A stretch of DNA of 61,186 bases, filler included, from Jimgerdemannia flammicorona (Eukaryota), in the NCBI GenBank assembly GCA_003990765.1. It is 3 parts of 3 records of this genome, joined end to end, with 100 filler letters (N's around TTAATTAATTAA, not from the genome) between each part and the next. Parts side by side here need not be neighbours in the genome. Positions count along the whole stretch, not along the records: positions 20,432 to 40,759 come from RBNJ01001709.1; positions 40,860 to 61,186 come from RBNJ01001710.1; 1 more part is not named here. One strand, written 5' to 3'. This document shows positions 38,208-52,267 of this stretch, one piece after another; position 1 is the first letter of the stretch, and each line of letters opens with the position of its first letter. The position numbers and the translations under genes are program-made. The notes under the pieces were generated by a model. The model was not told the DNA's origin. It saw nothing but the letters and a program-made list of their open reading frames with translations, and ran no database searches.

Positions 38208-40446
38208 TTCTTGAATCTTTTTTATGAATTATTCTAATAGTATCAAATAAATAGTCTGCTCTTATACCATTTCATACTTCATTATTAGTAATATATCCTA
38301 GACCAATAGTATTTAAGAGTAACTCAAGTTTTATATAGAAGGTTTCAAACTCCTCTTTGCTATATATATTAAACTTGAGATTGCAGAGTTTTACTTGGGA
38401 TTCAGTAATTAGAGTTTTATTGCAATATTGAGTAATCATAAGTTATTTAAGCCCAGAGGCTACAGAATGGTCTTCATATCCTAGATATTATTTACTGTAT
38501 TTTAGATAATAACTACAGATCAGGTATCTTATGTGAAAGATTTTTCAAGAAGGGTTCATTATCATTCTTTAGTATATCCTTAGAAGAATATAATAACTCA
38601 ACAGATATAGACTGTAGTAATAGCAAAGAGTTGTTCAATAGTGTAGTCTTGGTTATTTGTCAAGAGGTAATTAGCAACTTGCTCATTAGTCTATTGATTG
38701 GCTTTAAAATTAGTACCAATTATACTAATGAAACTTTAGACTTCCTATATAGTACTATTGAAAATAGGTAGGCTCAGACTTTTTGTTGATTGAGTCTATT
38801 TGGCTAAGACAGTAATGGTTACTGCCATTATGGCTATTTGAGTAGTGAGATCTAGAATCTGTTGGTTTGTTATATTGTTTACTGGAGGTAGTTAGACTAC
38901 TAGTAATGAGATTATTAGTATGACTTGAGATATTGGTGTAAAGTATGATAGTATTCTTTAAGTTTGTATAAGTTACTAGAGTAACTATTATAGGTCTGAT
39001 GTAAGAGCTTGATAGATAACTGTCTATTGTTCTGTAGATGTGTTTTGTCCTGAGGGAGATGTATCTTCTTCAGTAGTATATCTAGGATTGAGTTTAGTGA
39101 GATACTCCTCCTTCTCTTTAATTTGATCTCTGTATAGTTAGATTTGTTCAGCATTAAAGTAGATGGTATCAGTTATATATTAGATTTCAGATGAGCTTAA
39201 TTCAAAAGCTAGTTCTGATTCAGTATTAGCTTCAGTTTCAGATAGAGTTGTAACTAGGCCTGCTTTTGGCTCAGAGTCAGGTTATTGACAAAATGTTTCC
39301 CTGACTTCTTCTTTAAGAATATAGTAGATCTTATAATTCTGAAATCAGTAGTATAAGGTAGTCTTGGTTCTGATATGGTAATAGTTAGTAGAGTTGAGTC
39401 ACTTAGCTATAAAGGCTTATACTTGATAAGGAACTAAGACTAGAAAGATAGCTGCTAGTTATCCTAGATTGCTCAGATTTGTAGAGCTGATAAAACTCTC
39501 ATTGAGAAGAGTAAAGAAGACTTCTATAAGATCTTCTTCATCTTTACTTACAGAGTATAGAGCAAGGAGTTCAGTGTATAGAGTTTTATCTATTTGCTAA
39601 TTTAATTAGAGTACTTTTTTTTATAGATGAAGTCTGTTCTACTTATTGTAGATATGGAGGTCAAATTGTCTTTATACATTAGGTTTAATTTACTCCAGAT
39701 TATCAGATGGTTCTGAATAAATTCTAGTTCAAAGGTTAGACTTTATACTAACTTATAGAAATTCTAGTAAGAGATTATAGCTACATGAGGAAGCATCTTG
39801 AAGCAGAATTAGATTATAAATCACTACTATCAAGTTATAAGAGGGTTACTTATTAAAGTACTGTTACATAGTTCTGGAAGAGTTTTCTGAAAGTTCTAGA
39901 TATTCTAAAAGACTATTTTCTTTAAGATCAAAATTAATTTCATATAGAGTACATCCTCTATACTTATTGATTTCAAGATTAGATTAATATCTCAACCAAA
40001 GTCCCTTTTCAGACTTATTCTAGATATTTAAGAGATTCTATATTTCAGAAAGTTCAAGAAACTAAGACCAGCTTAGTTAAATTAATATATTATTATAGAT
40101 AATACTTAATTAGAAAATTTTAGGATTTAGTTAGAAGTAAGATCTAATGGAATATAGATTTACTTAAGCATAATTTGTAGATTATTAAATAGGTTTATTC
40201 ACTATTTATAATATTGCTATACTAGGAGTAGTGTGTGAGAGAATACTTATATAGAGAAGTATTCTTGACTATATATTTATTTATATTTTTGTCTAGATTT
40301 CTGAGGTCTGGAAGAATAGATATTTATACTAATGAGAGACTATCTGGACTATACTAAATATAGATATAGTACAAGTATGAACTGATATGTCAAGAGATCA
40401 TCTAACTGATAAATTAGTATATAGTTATATAGTATAAGACTATACT

Positions 40447-40759
40447 ACCTCTTTCTCTACTATCTTACTGGTCACAATGATTTGGTAGATAACCTTCTGA
40501 GTTCACTTTCTACAATTATTACCCCCTCTACCTCAGGTTGGTTTGCTGTATCTATTGTAGAGTAGTGGGAGAGAGGCAATAGTAATGAGTTGCTGTTAAA
40601 AAAAAAAAAAATAGTAATAAATTGCTCTTTTATTAGTATTGGATCAGTGTCTTCTCTATTTTTTCATGATTTCTGGTGCCTTCAACTGCATCTAGGGTAT
40701 ATCTGTTTTGGTGTAGTGTTTTCTTCCTTTTGCTTTTTTTTTTTTTTTTTTTTTTTTTT
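40447..40759 (+). mobile_element. Poly(A) retroposon copy 4, 5' part only (cut by gap)
   Basis: Aligns to 22021-~22275. Confidence 0.8.
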
Positions 40760-40859
40760 NNNNNNNNNNNNNNNNNNNNNNNNNNNNNNNNNNNNNNNNN
40801 NNNTTAATTAATTAANNNNNNNNNNNNNNNNNNNNNNNNNNNNNNNNNNNNNNNNNNNN
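40760..40859. other. Assembly spacer
   Basis: N44-TTAATTAATTAA-N44. Confidence 0.97.
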
Positions 40860-42974
40860 GTGCCATCTACAGTAACAACTCCACCATTCTTGCCAGCTGG
40901 TTTGGTGAGAATCTTGAGCTTGTCGATGAGGTTCTTGTTGATGAAGTTCCCAACAGCTCCACTGTCTATGAGAACATCTAGTTCTTGTCCCTTGACTAGA
41001 CCTTTGAAAATGAGCATTGAATTGGCTTGGTTCTCAGCTATGCTTGCAACTTTGTCAGTACTGCCAAAGCCTTTCTGATCTCACTTGATTGAAGACAGCT
41101 TGGTGACTTCTTTGATGACTAGTAGGGTAGCTCACTCCAGAATGAGCTGTGCAATTCTGTCTCCTTCATTGATGGTGTATGGTTGGTTCTTGTGGTTGAC
41201 TAGCAGGACTTGCATTTCACCTCAGAAGTCAGGATCAATGACTCCAGTGCCAACATCTAATGCATGCTTAAAACTGAGGCCAGATCTTGGTGCAATTCTT
41301 GCATAATGTTCCTTGGGGATTTCGACTGAAAGGCCAGTTGGAATGAGCCTTCTTTCATGTGCTAGAATAGTAACTTATTGTACTACTTGAAGGTCCAAAC
41401 CAATGGCTCCTTCTGACTATGCTTGAGGGATCTGGGCCTTGGGGTTAACTCACATGAAATTGAGTACAACTTTTTGTTCAACTGGTTGACCTTGAGTGTC
41501 TTTGGACAGGACCAGAATCCTCTTTGGTTCTGTGGTTTTCTTGGGACATTTGGTTGCAATGTGACCAGACTGATGGCAAAAAAAGAAGACTTCAGCCTTC
41601 TTGAGGCGCTCCTTTTCCTTGAGTGTAAGTTTGCCTTTCTTGTTCTTATTGATGGTGTTTAGATCCATGGGGGCAGGTCCAACAGTTCTGACTTTGGGTT
41701 CCTCCCTTCTGTAGTTGTTGTTGTTGTTGTTGAAAGGTGGTCTCTTCTATTTAAAGTAGTGACCATAGGTGATGACATCAAACCTATCAGCAATTTTTAT
41801 TGCTGTATTTAGGTCCTTGAGTTCTTCTAGTTCAAAATGAACTCAGGTTTGACCTTTCAGGCCTCAGATATACTTGTCGACCTTCTCGTCTTCAGTGATA
41901 TATAGTAATTCTAGTAGGATTGACAGGAATTATGTATTGTATGCTTGCACAGACTTGAGTTGTTTGACATTTGCCAGGTGGTCTCACATGGTCTTAGTGC
42001 TATTGACTGGTTTGAATTGGTCTTAAATAGTATCAGAGAATTCACCCCAGGTCTTGATTTGGTCAGAGAATCTGGTATTCTGGATATGATTTTACCACCA
42101 GATTATAGCATTCCCTTGAAGGAGTGTGGTGGCAAATTGGACTAGTGTTGCTTCTTCCAAATTGGTCAGTTCTCCATATTGCTCTAATTGGAAAAGCCAG
42201 GCGTCAGTAGACAGTCCTCCTCTTTGACCATCAAAGGTGTCAGGCTTCTGAGGCTTAATAGTAACTGCTATCAAATATATTGATATCAGTAGTAGTGCAG
42301 AGGTATGAGCAGAGGCCTTGCTTTCCTTTCTTTCTACATATTCTTGAAGTTGGGCAATCTGAGCTAATGCAGTCTGCAAAAGACTCTCGATAGACCCAGT
42401 TGACTGAGTGGGAGTTGTCTATTCCTCTTCTTCTTGCTGATGGTAAGAGACATTGCCTGAACCATAGGTACTATATAAAGGATTCCACCCATTGTCCTCC
42501 ATAGTGTTGTGACTGATATCTTGAGAGGTGTCTTGATAAGGCTAGATATAACTTAACCGCTGCTACCAAGTATAATGGTTCTAGTTTCTAAATAAGGAAG
42601 CGACTAGTTCTGATTGACTTAAAGTAACTCGAAGAGATACTTAAAAGTTCAAGTATTCTTGAAGGATTTCTGAGAGAAAATATTCTGAGCTTTATTTGTA
42701 AGAACAAAGGGGATATTTATACAAGATCTAAAAGAAGGATCTGAAAGGATCTGAGAAATCAAAGGAAAATGCCAAGAGGAAAGTTCTTGGCAAAGATGAC
42801 AAATAATGATAAATAAAGTTCTACAAGTTTCCAGGATATTCTGTGACTAGCTAAATAAGTACTAGAGTATGCTCGGCACCAAAAAAGAATTTCTAAGCAT
42901 TTGGAAAGTACTGGAAAGTTATAGAATATTCAAGAAAGACAGAGAAAAGAAATAAACTATACTAAAATGTTACA
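40860..42974 (-). mobile_element. Family B copy B2: 5' LTR, gag, dUTPase, start of protease
   Basis: LTR 42571-42974; PBS TGGTAGCAGCGG; LIDSGAVGNFI; collinear with 18240-20155. Confidence 0.9.
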
Positions 42975-43394
42975 AACTCAGTGACTACTATGTAACAGTA
43001 TATAAATATCTTTATTATTAATAATATTATAAAATGTTTAAATTTTTTTACAGATAAATTTATCTATATTATAGACCACAAGTCAAAGGTAAAAAATAAA
43101 TATCAATTTGAATAAATTATATAATAGTCTAAAATAATTACTATATATAGTTATAGCCTAAGAGATATAAATTAGATAGTAGTCTTAATTATCTTATTTA
43201 TAAAAAATATAGTTTCTGAATATCTATTCAAGAGTTCTATTTATATACTCAGTTTGTTTATCAGTTAAGAGTAAAAGATAATAGATATGATAATTTAAGT
43301 TCTAAGTATCTTAAAAAGAGTTTACTAAAAGTAATAGATAAACTTAAGATATCAGTTATTAATAATAACTTATAGTAGACCAGGAGAAAGGGAG
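42975..43394 (-). pseudogene. Very AT-rich relic of a gypsy integrase region
   Basis: Resembles 44790-45000 with extreme C->T decay. Confidence 0.5.
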
Positions 43395-46300
43395 TGTAAT
43401 AGTTTTAGTTTCTTTAAGAGAAAGCAGCTAAATCTGAAAGTTTTAGTTGGTCTAAAGTAGCTCAAAGAGTTACTTAAAGATTCAAGTATTCTTGAAGAAT
43501 TTCTAAGAGAAAATATTCTGAGCTTTATTCAGGCAGAGAATAAGGATATTTATATATAATCTGAAAGAAAGATCTAGAAGAATCTTGAAAAAAAAGAGAA
43601 ATACCAAGAAATAGATTCTTAGCAAAGATAACTAATATGGTTTTACAATATTTTAAAAGGTTCTATAACTAGCTAAGATAAGATACTTGGCACCAAGGAA
43701 AGACAAGAATGTTCTAGTAGTATCTGGGTATCAAGAGAAGATTTCTAAGCAAGTAGAAGGTAGTGGAATATAGTAGAATATTTAAGAAATAATGTGAAAT
43801 TATACTAAGACTAAATATGACTATAAAATTATTATATCTCTCCCTCCTTAAGAACTAATGTTCTTGTTGAGTTCTTAGATAACATAAGACTAAATATACT
43901 TAACCAAAATTTCTCAAACTTGTATTAGTATATTGATAGGGATTGATCATTCTTATATAGAGTAGAGGATTTATTATTAGATTAATCAACTAGAAGGAGT
44001 TTGAATCCAGCTAGTAGCTTTATTTCAGTGGACTTCTTGTTTATTAAATATTCTGCTAATTCTGGGATCTCAAAGTAAACTTCCAATATATAAGACACTA
44101 GTTATTGCCCTAGATTATCAATAATCTATAGAAGTCATTATAGAGATTGAGCAATGTATTTTGACTCAAAGTCTTGAACTGAACTTGAGAGTTCTTGAGG
44201 TTGACCAGTGGTTTCCAGATAGCATTATATTTAGGATAGCTCATCCACTTAACTAGATATTCAGGATGGTGATAGTAGATTTATTTATTAAGAATTTTTT
44301 TAGCTTTATATTCAATATGGTCTTCAATAATTATAGAGATAGATAACTTAGAAATTTGACCAGAGTAGAGTGGTGACTAGTTCTAGGTCTTGAGGTATGA
44401 TACATGAAAGACTAGATATACTCTCATGGTTTCAGATAGCTTGAGATAGTAGGAGGATACAGAGACTTGTTTGAAGAGTGGTTAACTTAAGATTGTATCT
44501 TGAGGTTCTCAGTAGATAATAGGACTAATAGTATAAGTGATATTGCAGTATTTCTTATCAGTATACTTGACTTGATGCTGTTGAGCTTTCTAAAGATTCA
44601 CAGTAGCAATCTTGAGTAGTTTATCCATTTTATCTATAAGGCTCTTAGCAGTAGGAACTTATATTTGACTGCTTTTCTTGAAAGAGAATAGACTTATAGG
44701 GGTCTTAGGATCTTGATTATAGAGTAATCAGAAAGAAGAAAGACCAGTGGATGATTAGATGACATTATTATATATAAACTCTATATAAGTCAGATAGTGG
44801 TCCTAATTATCTTGCTTATAAAAAACATAGTTTCTAAGCATTGTTCTAGAGTTCTATTCATATACTTAATTTTTCCATCATTTTGTAGATAAAAGGTAGT
44901 AGATATAGCCAATTGGGTTCCCAGAGTCTTGAAAAGAGTTTGTCAGAAGTGACTGGTAAACTTGGAGTCATGATTGCTGACAATTACTTATAGTAGACCA
45001 TAGTGATAGAAGATAGACTTAAAGAAGATTCTTATAATATTAGATATAGTAGCATTAGTAATAGTTGGTTCAGCAACCATAGTCTTGGTCAGGTAATCAA
45101 CAAATATAATAATAGCATTAGTATCAGATTGAGTTCATAGTAGTTAAGTTACAAAGTTCATAGTAACTTACTTAAATTTTTTAGTGAGAATTGGTAGTAA
45201 TTATAGCAAATCAGTGGATACTTGGTTGATAGACTTGTTGTACTAATATATGTAGATCATAGCTAGCAATATAGTTCTTGATTTTCTTGACCATACTTGG
45301 CCAATAGTAGTAGCATTGAATATTCTTAATAGTCTTCTTGATTTCCAGATAACTGATAAGAAGAGAGTCATGATATTCTTGCAAAACCTTATAGTGTAGA
45401 TTTATGTTTTTAGATAGATAAACTTGGTTTTAATGATAGATCAGATTGTTCTCAATAGTATATATATTCTTGAGCTCATTTGAGAAAACTTTAGTAGTAA
45501 CTATGTTTTCTTTGTAAACTTATCTAATTTGGTCTAGAAATTCTAATGCTAAGGTAACTTATATAATTGTGATGAGATCAGGACATCTTGATAAGGTATC
45601 TGGTACTACAAGTATCTTGCCAGACTTATAGATGATTATTGGATTAAAGGTTTGAAGTTTGAGGCTCTACTTGGCTTATAGATATGATAGAGTAGATTAG
45701 ATATTGATATACTTGAGAGATTAATAGTCAGTAATGACATCAAACTCAATACCTTCTAGATAGTATTGTCAGTAGTCTAGTGCATATATTATTGCCAGTT
45801 GTTCCTTCTCGTGAGTAACTAGCTTTTATTCAGCTGGAGCCAACTTGCAGAACTTGAAAGTAATAGAATAATGTCCTTTATCATTATCTTGTAAAAAAAC
45901 TACTCTAATGGCAAAATTTGACACATCAGTAATAACTGTAAATTTTAAGTCTTGATCTGCATTACACAGAACTAGAGTATAGGTTAGACAGTTCTTGAGT
46001 TCTTGAAAAGTTTGTTGACAGAAGAGGTCCCAGATATAGGGTATATAGTGATCTGAGTACAGGGCCTTTCTCATGAGATTAGTCAGTAGCTCAGTAATAT
46101 CAGAGAAGTTTCTGATAAAGTAGTAATAGTAGCCAGCTAGACTAAGGAAGGATCAGAGTTCTGTGAGGTTCAACAGAATGGGCTATTCTTTAATTACTTC
46201 TATCTTATATGGGTCTACTTGAATTCCTTATACAGAGATAATGTGACTAAGATATTTGACTTATTCCTTGAAAAATTCACACTTCTTAAGCTTGGCATAA

Positions 46301-48947
46301 AGCTTGTGCTTTTGCAGAATCTCCAGGACTATTTGAATGTGTTTGAGATATTCTTCTTTAGTTACACTAAAGGTCAAGATGTCATCAAGATATACTAATA
46401 GAAAAATAAATAGTTAGTTCTTAAATATCTTATTCATCAGAGTCTGAAATATAGTAGGTACATTAGTAAGACCAAATGCTAAGATTAAGAATTTATAGAG
46501 TCCAAAGGGAGTTATGAATGTAGTTTTAGAAATATCTTCTAGCTTGATTTGAATCTAGTGATATCTTGATATAAAGTCCAACTTGGTGAAGTACTTAATA
46601 TTCTTGAGAGTATCAAAGATTTGATCAATCAAGGATAGCAGGTAGCAGTTCTTGACAGTAAGCTTATTGAGTATTATGCACATTCACAGAGTACCATCTT
46701 TCAACTAGTGAGCTATAAGGAGATTTGCTTGGCTGGATGACTCCTTATGTAAGTAGTTCTTCTAGTTCTTTTTTGACTACTTCAATTTTAAGTAGTGATA
46801 TGCAGTATATATGTTTCTTAGATAATATAGCTCCTGAGATCAGTTCAATTTCATGATCAACTTCTTGTATAGGTGGTAGGCCAGGTAGCTTATCTGGAAA
46901 GATATCCTTGAATTCTTCTAGCAATAACTAGTAACTTAATACTTTTATTAACTGATAGTTTCTTATCTTATTTCTTAGAACAGACTATTATAATAAAGAT
47001 ATATATTGTCTTCTTGAGTACTCTCTTATATTATATAGCTGATAGTATTGCAATCTGAGTCTTACTCATAATCTTGTCTCTTAATAGTGATGTTGGCTCT
47101 ATCTTGAAGTAAGGTGACTTCATTCTTATATCAATTAATATCTGAGTTGTGTTTCATAAGTTAGAGTTTTCCTAGGATCAGGTTATAATCTCCTAGTAAT
47201 ACAATCTTGAAGTCTACTCATTCTCATTATTTCTAGATCTTAATGGTAACAATTAACTTGATAGAGTACAGAGTATAATCTGTAGTGACTATACTATTAT
47301 TCTTGAGTATAGGCTTGGTAAGGATCTTGAGACTTTTAATGAGGTTCTGATTGATGAAGTTTCCTGTAGCTCTATTGTCTATAAGTACTTAGACTTCTTT
47401 TTCCTTGACTAGGCCTTTGAAAATAAGTATAGCTTGAGCTCTATTTTTAATAAGACTTGCTGCTTGATCAGTACTATCAAAATATTTTTGGTCTCACTTA
47501 GTTTCAGAGAGTTCTTGGACTTCTGTGATCTTGAGTTAACCTGGCTTTTTCTAGGATCATTTGTATAACTTAGTCTCCTTCCTTGACTATATAGTCTTAA
47601 TCCTTCTAGTTGATAAGCAGAACTTGAACTTATTCTCAAAAGTCTAAATCAATAATACTAGTACTTATATCTAAATAATATTTGATACTAAGTTCTAATT
47701 ACAGTACAATTCTGACATAATATTCTTCAGAACATTGAACTGCAATTTCAGTAGATATCAGAGTTCAGCCCTTGGCTAAAATAGTAACTTGTTTGACAGA
47801 GTATAGGTTAAGACCAATGACTCCTTCTGTTTGATATTGAGGAATCTGAGTCTTTGGATGAAGCTTCTTAATCTTAAGCTCAGATTAACTAGTAGTAGGG
47901 TTGATGGATATATCCTTGAACAATATAGTGACTGATCTTGAGGGTTTGCTAATCTTCTTAGGACATTTGGTTGCAATATATTCTATTTAGTAACAGAAGA
48001 AATAGGCTTTAGATTTCTTTAGATGGTCCTTTTCTTCAGAGATAAGCTTGGTGTTCTTTTTGTTCATAGTGTCTAAGTCCAATGATACTGGGTCAACTGT
48101 CTTTAATTGGTTTTTATAGCAGTTCTCAAAGTGGTTCTTCTTGTAGCATTCTGGTTCAAAGCAGTTATCAAAGGTGATAATATTAAACCTATTGGTAATT
48201 CTCATGGCTTCATTAAGGTTTTTGAACTCTTCTAGCTCAACCTTAACTTGTATATTTCTCTTCAGACCTTAGATATAGTGGTCTATCTTTTCATTCTCAG
48301 ATATTGCTAGTAGCTTAAGTAGAATTGACAAAAATTATACATTATAGCTCTGTATAGACTTGAGTTACTTGATGTTCACTAGCTTGTCTCTGGCTAGCTT
48401 AGTAGTATTAGCAGGCTTGAACTGCCTATGAAGGACTCTCTTAAAAGCTTCTCAGTCTCTGATTTATATATATTGAGTATATAGATATAGTCATAATATG
48501 ATTGTACTACCAGATGGCTATTTTTTTTTAGAGAAGTATAGTAGTAAATTGAACTTATATGTCTTCTTCTATTCTTATAAGTTTGAAGTATTAGTTCAAC
48601 TAGAAGATCCATATATTGGTAGATAGTCCTTCTTGATAACTATCAAAGGTATCTAACTTGAGTAGCTTAAAACTAACTAATACTACAGTAGAATATAATA
48701 TACTTATAGTTCTTGTTTTCTGCTATTCTAGTTATACTTGAAGTTCTTAGATTTGATAAGCCATAGTGGTAATTATATCTTTTATACTGACTTATAATCT
48801 TTTTGCTTCTTCTGTAGCAGAGAGGTCTGGCTGATAGGCTGATTCTTTATGACTCATTTTGGATTCATATAACTAGTTGTGACTAGTTTCTGAATTTGTA
48901 TAAGGTTTCTTAATAAGGTAAGATGTAATGACACCACTACTACTAAG

Positions 48948-49379
48948 TATAATAGTTCTAGTTTGTTTAAAAAGAAGTAGCTAAATCTAAAAGTTCTAGT
49001 TGGTCTAAAGTAGCTTGAAGAGATATTTAAAGATTTAAGGATTTCTGAGAGAAAATATTCTGAGCTTTATTTAGATAGAGAACAAGGATATTTATACATA
49101 ATCTGAAAGAAAGATCTGGAAGAATCTTGGAAAAAAAAGAAAAATACTAAGAAATAGGTTCTTAGTAAAGATAACTAATATGGTTCTATAATATTCCAAA
49201 AGGTTCTATAACTAGCTAAGACAAGATACTTGGTACCAAGGAAAGGCAAGAATGTTCTAGTGGTATCTAGATGTCAAGAGAAGATTTCTAAGCAAGTAGA
49301 AGATGGTGGAACATAGTAGAATATTTAAGAAATAATGTGAAAATATACTAAGACTAGATATGACTGTAAAATTGTTACA
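48948..49379 (-). repeat. Shared central family C LTR
   Basis: Decayed PBS on one side, PPT on the other. Confidence 0.92.
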
Positions 49380-51842
49380 TCCCTCCCTCCTTAAGAACCA
49401 ATGTCCTTGTTGAGTTCTTAGATAACATAAAACTAAATATATTTAATCAAAATTTCTCAAACTTATATTAGCATATTGATAGAGATTAGCCATCCTTATA
49501 TAGAGCAGAGGGTCTATTACCAGATTAACTAATTAGGAGGAGTTCAAACTCAGCTAGTAGCTTTATTTTAGTGAACTTCTTGTTCATTAAATGTTCTGCT
49601 GATTCTGGGATCTTAAAGTAAACTTCTGATATATAAGGCACTGGTCATTACCCTAGATCATTAATAATCTATAGAAGTCACTATAGGGATTAGGTAATGC
49701 ATTTTGCCTCAAAGTCTTGAACTAGATCTTGAGAGTTCTTAAGATTGACCAGTAGTTTCCAGGTAGTATCATATTTAGAATAGTCCATCCACTTGACTAG
49801 ATATTCAGAATAGTGGTAGTGGATTTGTTTGTTAAGAATTTTCTTAGCTTTATACTCAATATGGTCTTTAATAATTATAGAGGCAGATAGCTTAGGAATT
49901 CAACCAGAGTAGAGTAGTAACTAGTTCTAGGTCTTAAGATGTGACACATGAAAGACTGGATGTACTCTTATAGCTTCAGATAGCTTGAGATAGTAGGAGG
50001 ATGTAGAGACTTGTTCAGTAATCTCAAAAGATCCAATATACTTGGGTTGGAACTTATTTGAAGAGTAGTTAACTTGAGATTGTATCTTGAGATTCTCAGT
50101 AGACAGTAGGACTTGATCTCTAATAGTATAAGTAATATTACAGCATTTCTTATCAGCATACTTGGCTTAATGCTGTTGAGCTTTCTGAAGATTCACAGTA
50201 GTAATCTTGAGTAGTTCATCCATTTTATCTATAAGGCTCTTAGTAGTAGGAACTTATATTTGACTGCTTTTCTTAAAAGAGAATAGACTTATAGAAGTTT
50301 TGGGATCTTGACCATAGAGTAACCAGAAAGGGGAAAGACTAGTAGATGATTGGATGATATTGTTGTATGTAAACTCTATATAAATTAGATAGTGGTCCCA
50401 ATTAACTTGTTTATAAGAAATATAGTTTTTAAGCATTTGTTTTAAAGTTCTGTTCATACACTTGGTTTGTCCATCAGTTTATAGGTAGAAGGTGATAGAT
50501 ATAGCCAATTGGATTCCCAGAGTATTGAAGAGAGTTTGCCAGAAGTAACTGGTGAACTTGGGTTCATAATTGCTGATAATTATTCATAGTAGGCCATAGT
50601 AATAGAAGATGAACTTAAAGAAGATTCTTACAATCTTAGGTGTAGTAGTATTAGTAGTAGTTGGTTCAGCAACCATGTTTTGATCAGACAATCAACAAAT
50701 ATGATAATAGCATTAGTACTAGATTGAGTTTATACTAGTTGAATTACAAAGTTCATAATAACTTACTTGAATTTCTTAGTAGGAATTAGTAGTAATATTG
50801 AATATTCTTAATAGTCTTCTTAATTCCCAGATAACTGGTAAGAGGAGAGTCATAGTGTTCTTATAAAACCTTATAGTGTAGATTTATATTTTCAGATAGA
50901 TAGACTTAGTCTTGATAATAAATCAGGTTGTTCTCAACAGTATATGTATCCTTGAGCTTATTTGAGAAAACTTTAATAGCAACCATGTCTTCTTTATAAG
51001 CTTGTCTGATTTGGTCTAGAAATTCTGATACTAAGATAACTTACTTGATTGTAATAAGATCAGGGTATCTTGATAAGATATCTGGTACTACAAGTATCTT
51101 GCCAGACTTGTAGATGATCATCAGATTAAAGATTTGAAGTTTGAGACTTTACTTAGCTTATAGAAATGATAGAGTAGGTTGGGTGTTGATATACTTGAGA
51201 GATTAATAGTCAGTAATGATATCAAACTTAATATCTTCTAGATAGTATTACCAGTAGTTCCTTCTTATGAGTGGCTAGCTTTTATTCAGCTGAGACCAAC
51301 TTATAGAACTTGAAAGCAATAAGATGATGTTCTTTACCATCATCTTATGACAGAACTGCTCCAATGGCAAAATTCAATATATTAGTAGTGGCTGTGAATT
51401 TTAGACCTTAATCTACATTATACAGGACTAGAGTATGGGTCAGTTCTTGAAAAGCTTATTAACAGAAGAGGTCCCAGATATAGAGTACATAGTGGTCTGA
51501 GTGCAGGGCCTTTCTTATGAGATTAGTTAATAGCTCAGTAATACTAGAGAAGTTTCTGACAAAGTAGCAGTAGTAGCCAACTAGACTAAGGAAGGATTAG
51601 AGTTCTATAAGGTTCAATAGAATGGGCTATTCTTCAATTGCTTCTATCTTGTATATACATATCTACTTGAATTCCTTATATAGAGACAATATGACTAAGA
51701 TATTTAACTTATTTCTTGAAGAATTCATACTTCTTGATAGTGCTCCAAATGAGTCAATTCGAATCAAATCCGGATTTGATTCGTCATATGATGGTTTGAT
51801 TCGAATCTCAAATCCGAAGCCATCTGGATCAACTCAGATTTA

Positions 51843-52170
51843 ATCCGAATCACCCCATTCGAATCGCCCCATCCGAATCACCCATCCGAACCACTCCAAT
51901 CCAAATCACTCAATCCGAATCACTCAATCTGAATCACCCCATCCGAATCGCCCCATCTGAATCACCCATCCGAATCACCCATCCGAACCACTCCAATCCG
52001 AACCACTCAATCCAAATCACTCAATCCAAATCACTCAATCCGAATCACTCAATCCGAATCACTCAATTCGAATCCTCCAATTCGAATCCTCCAATTTGAA
52101 TCCTCCAATTCGAATCCTTCAATCTGAATCCTCATCCGAATCCTTCAACTGAATCCTCCAATCCAAATCC
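51843..52170. repeat. Left subterminal array of ~14-bp units (TCCGAATCACYCAA-like)
   Basis: About 20 degenerate units; typical of hAT subterminal regions. Confidence 0.85.
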
Positions 52171-52267
52171 TCCACATGACTCATATGCCGGACACATCCA
52201 CAATACAATACATATATACGCATACACACACACGCATACACATGCACACACAAACACACAAACACAC

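Larger units (their letters stand above)
21344..40447 (-). mobile_element. Family A copy A3: heavily decayed, full domain set, host to A2 and poly(A) retroposons
   Basis: 3' LTR 21344-25848; chromodomain/IN/RNase H 25850-28034; RT-PR-dUTPase-gag 34304-39820; 5' LTR from 39836. Confidence 0.88.

Noticed and set aside
51843..52170. Short repeat array resembling CRISPR
   Set aside because: No unique spacers; ~14-bp tandem units at a hAT end in a eukaryotic context.
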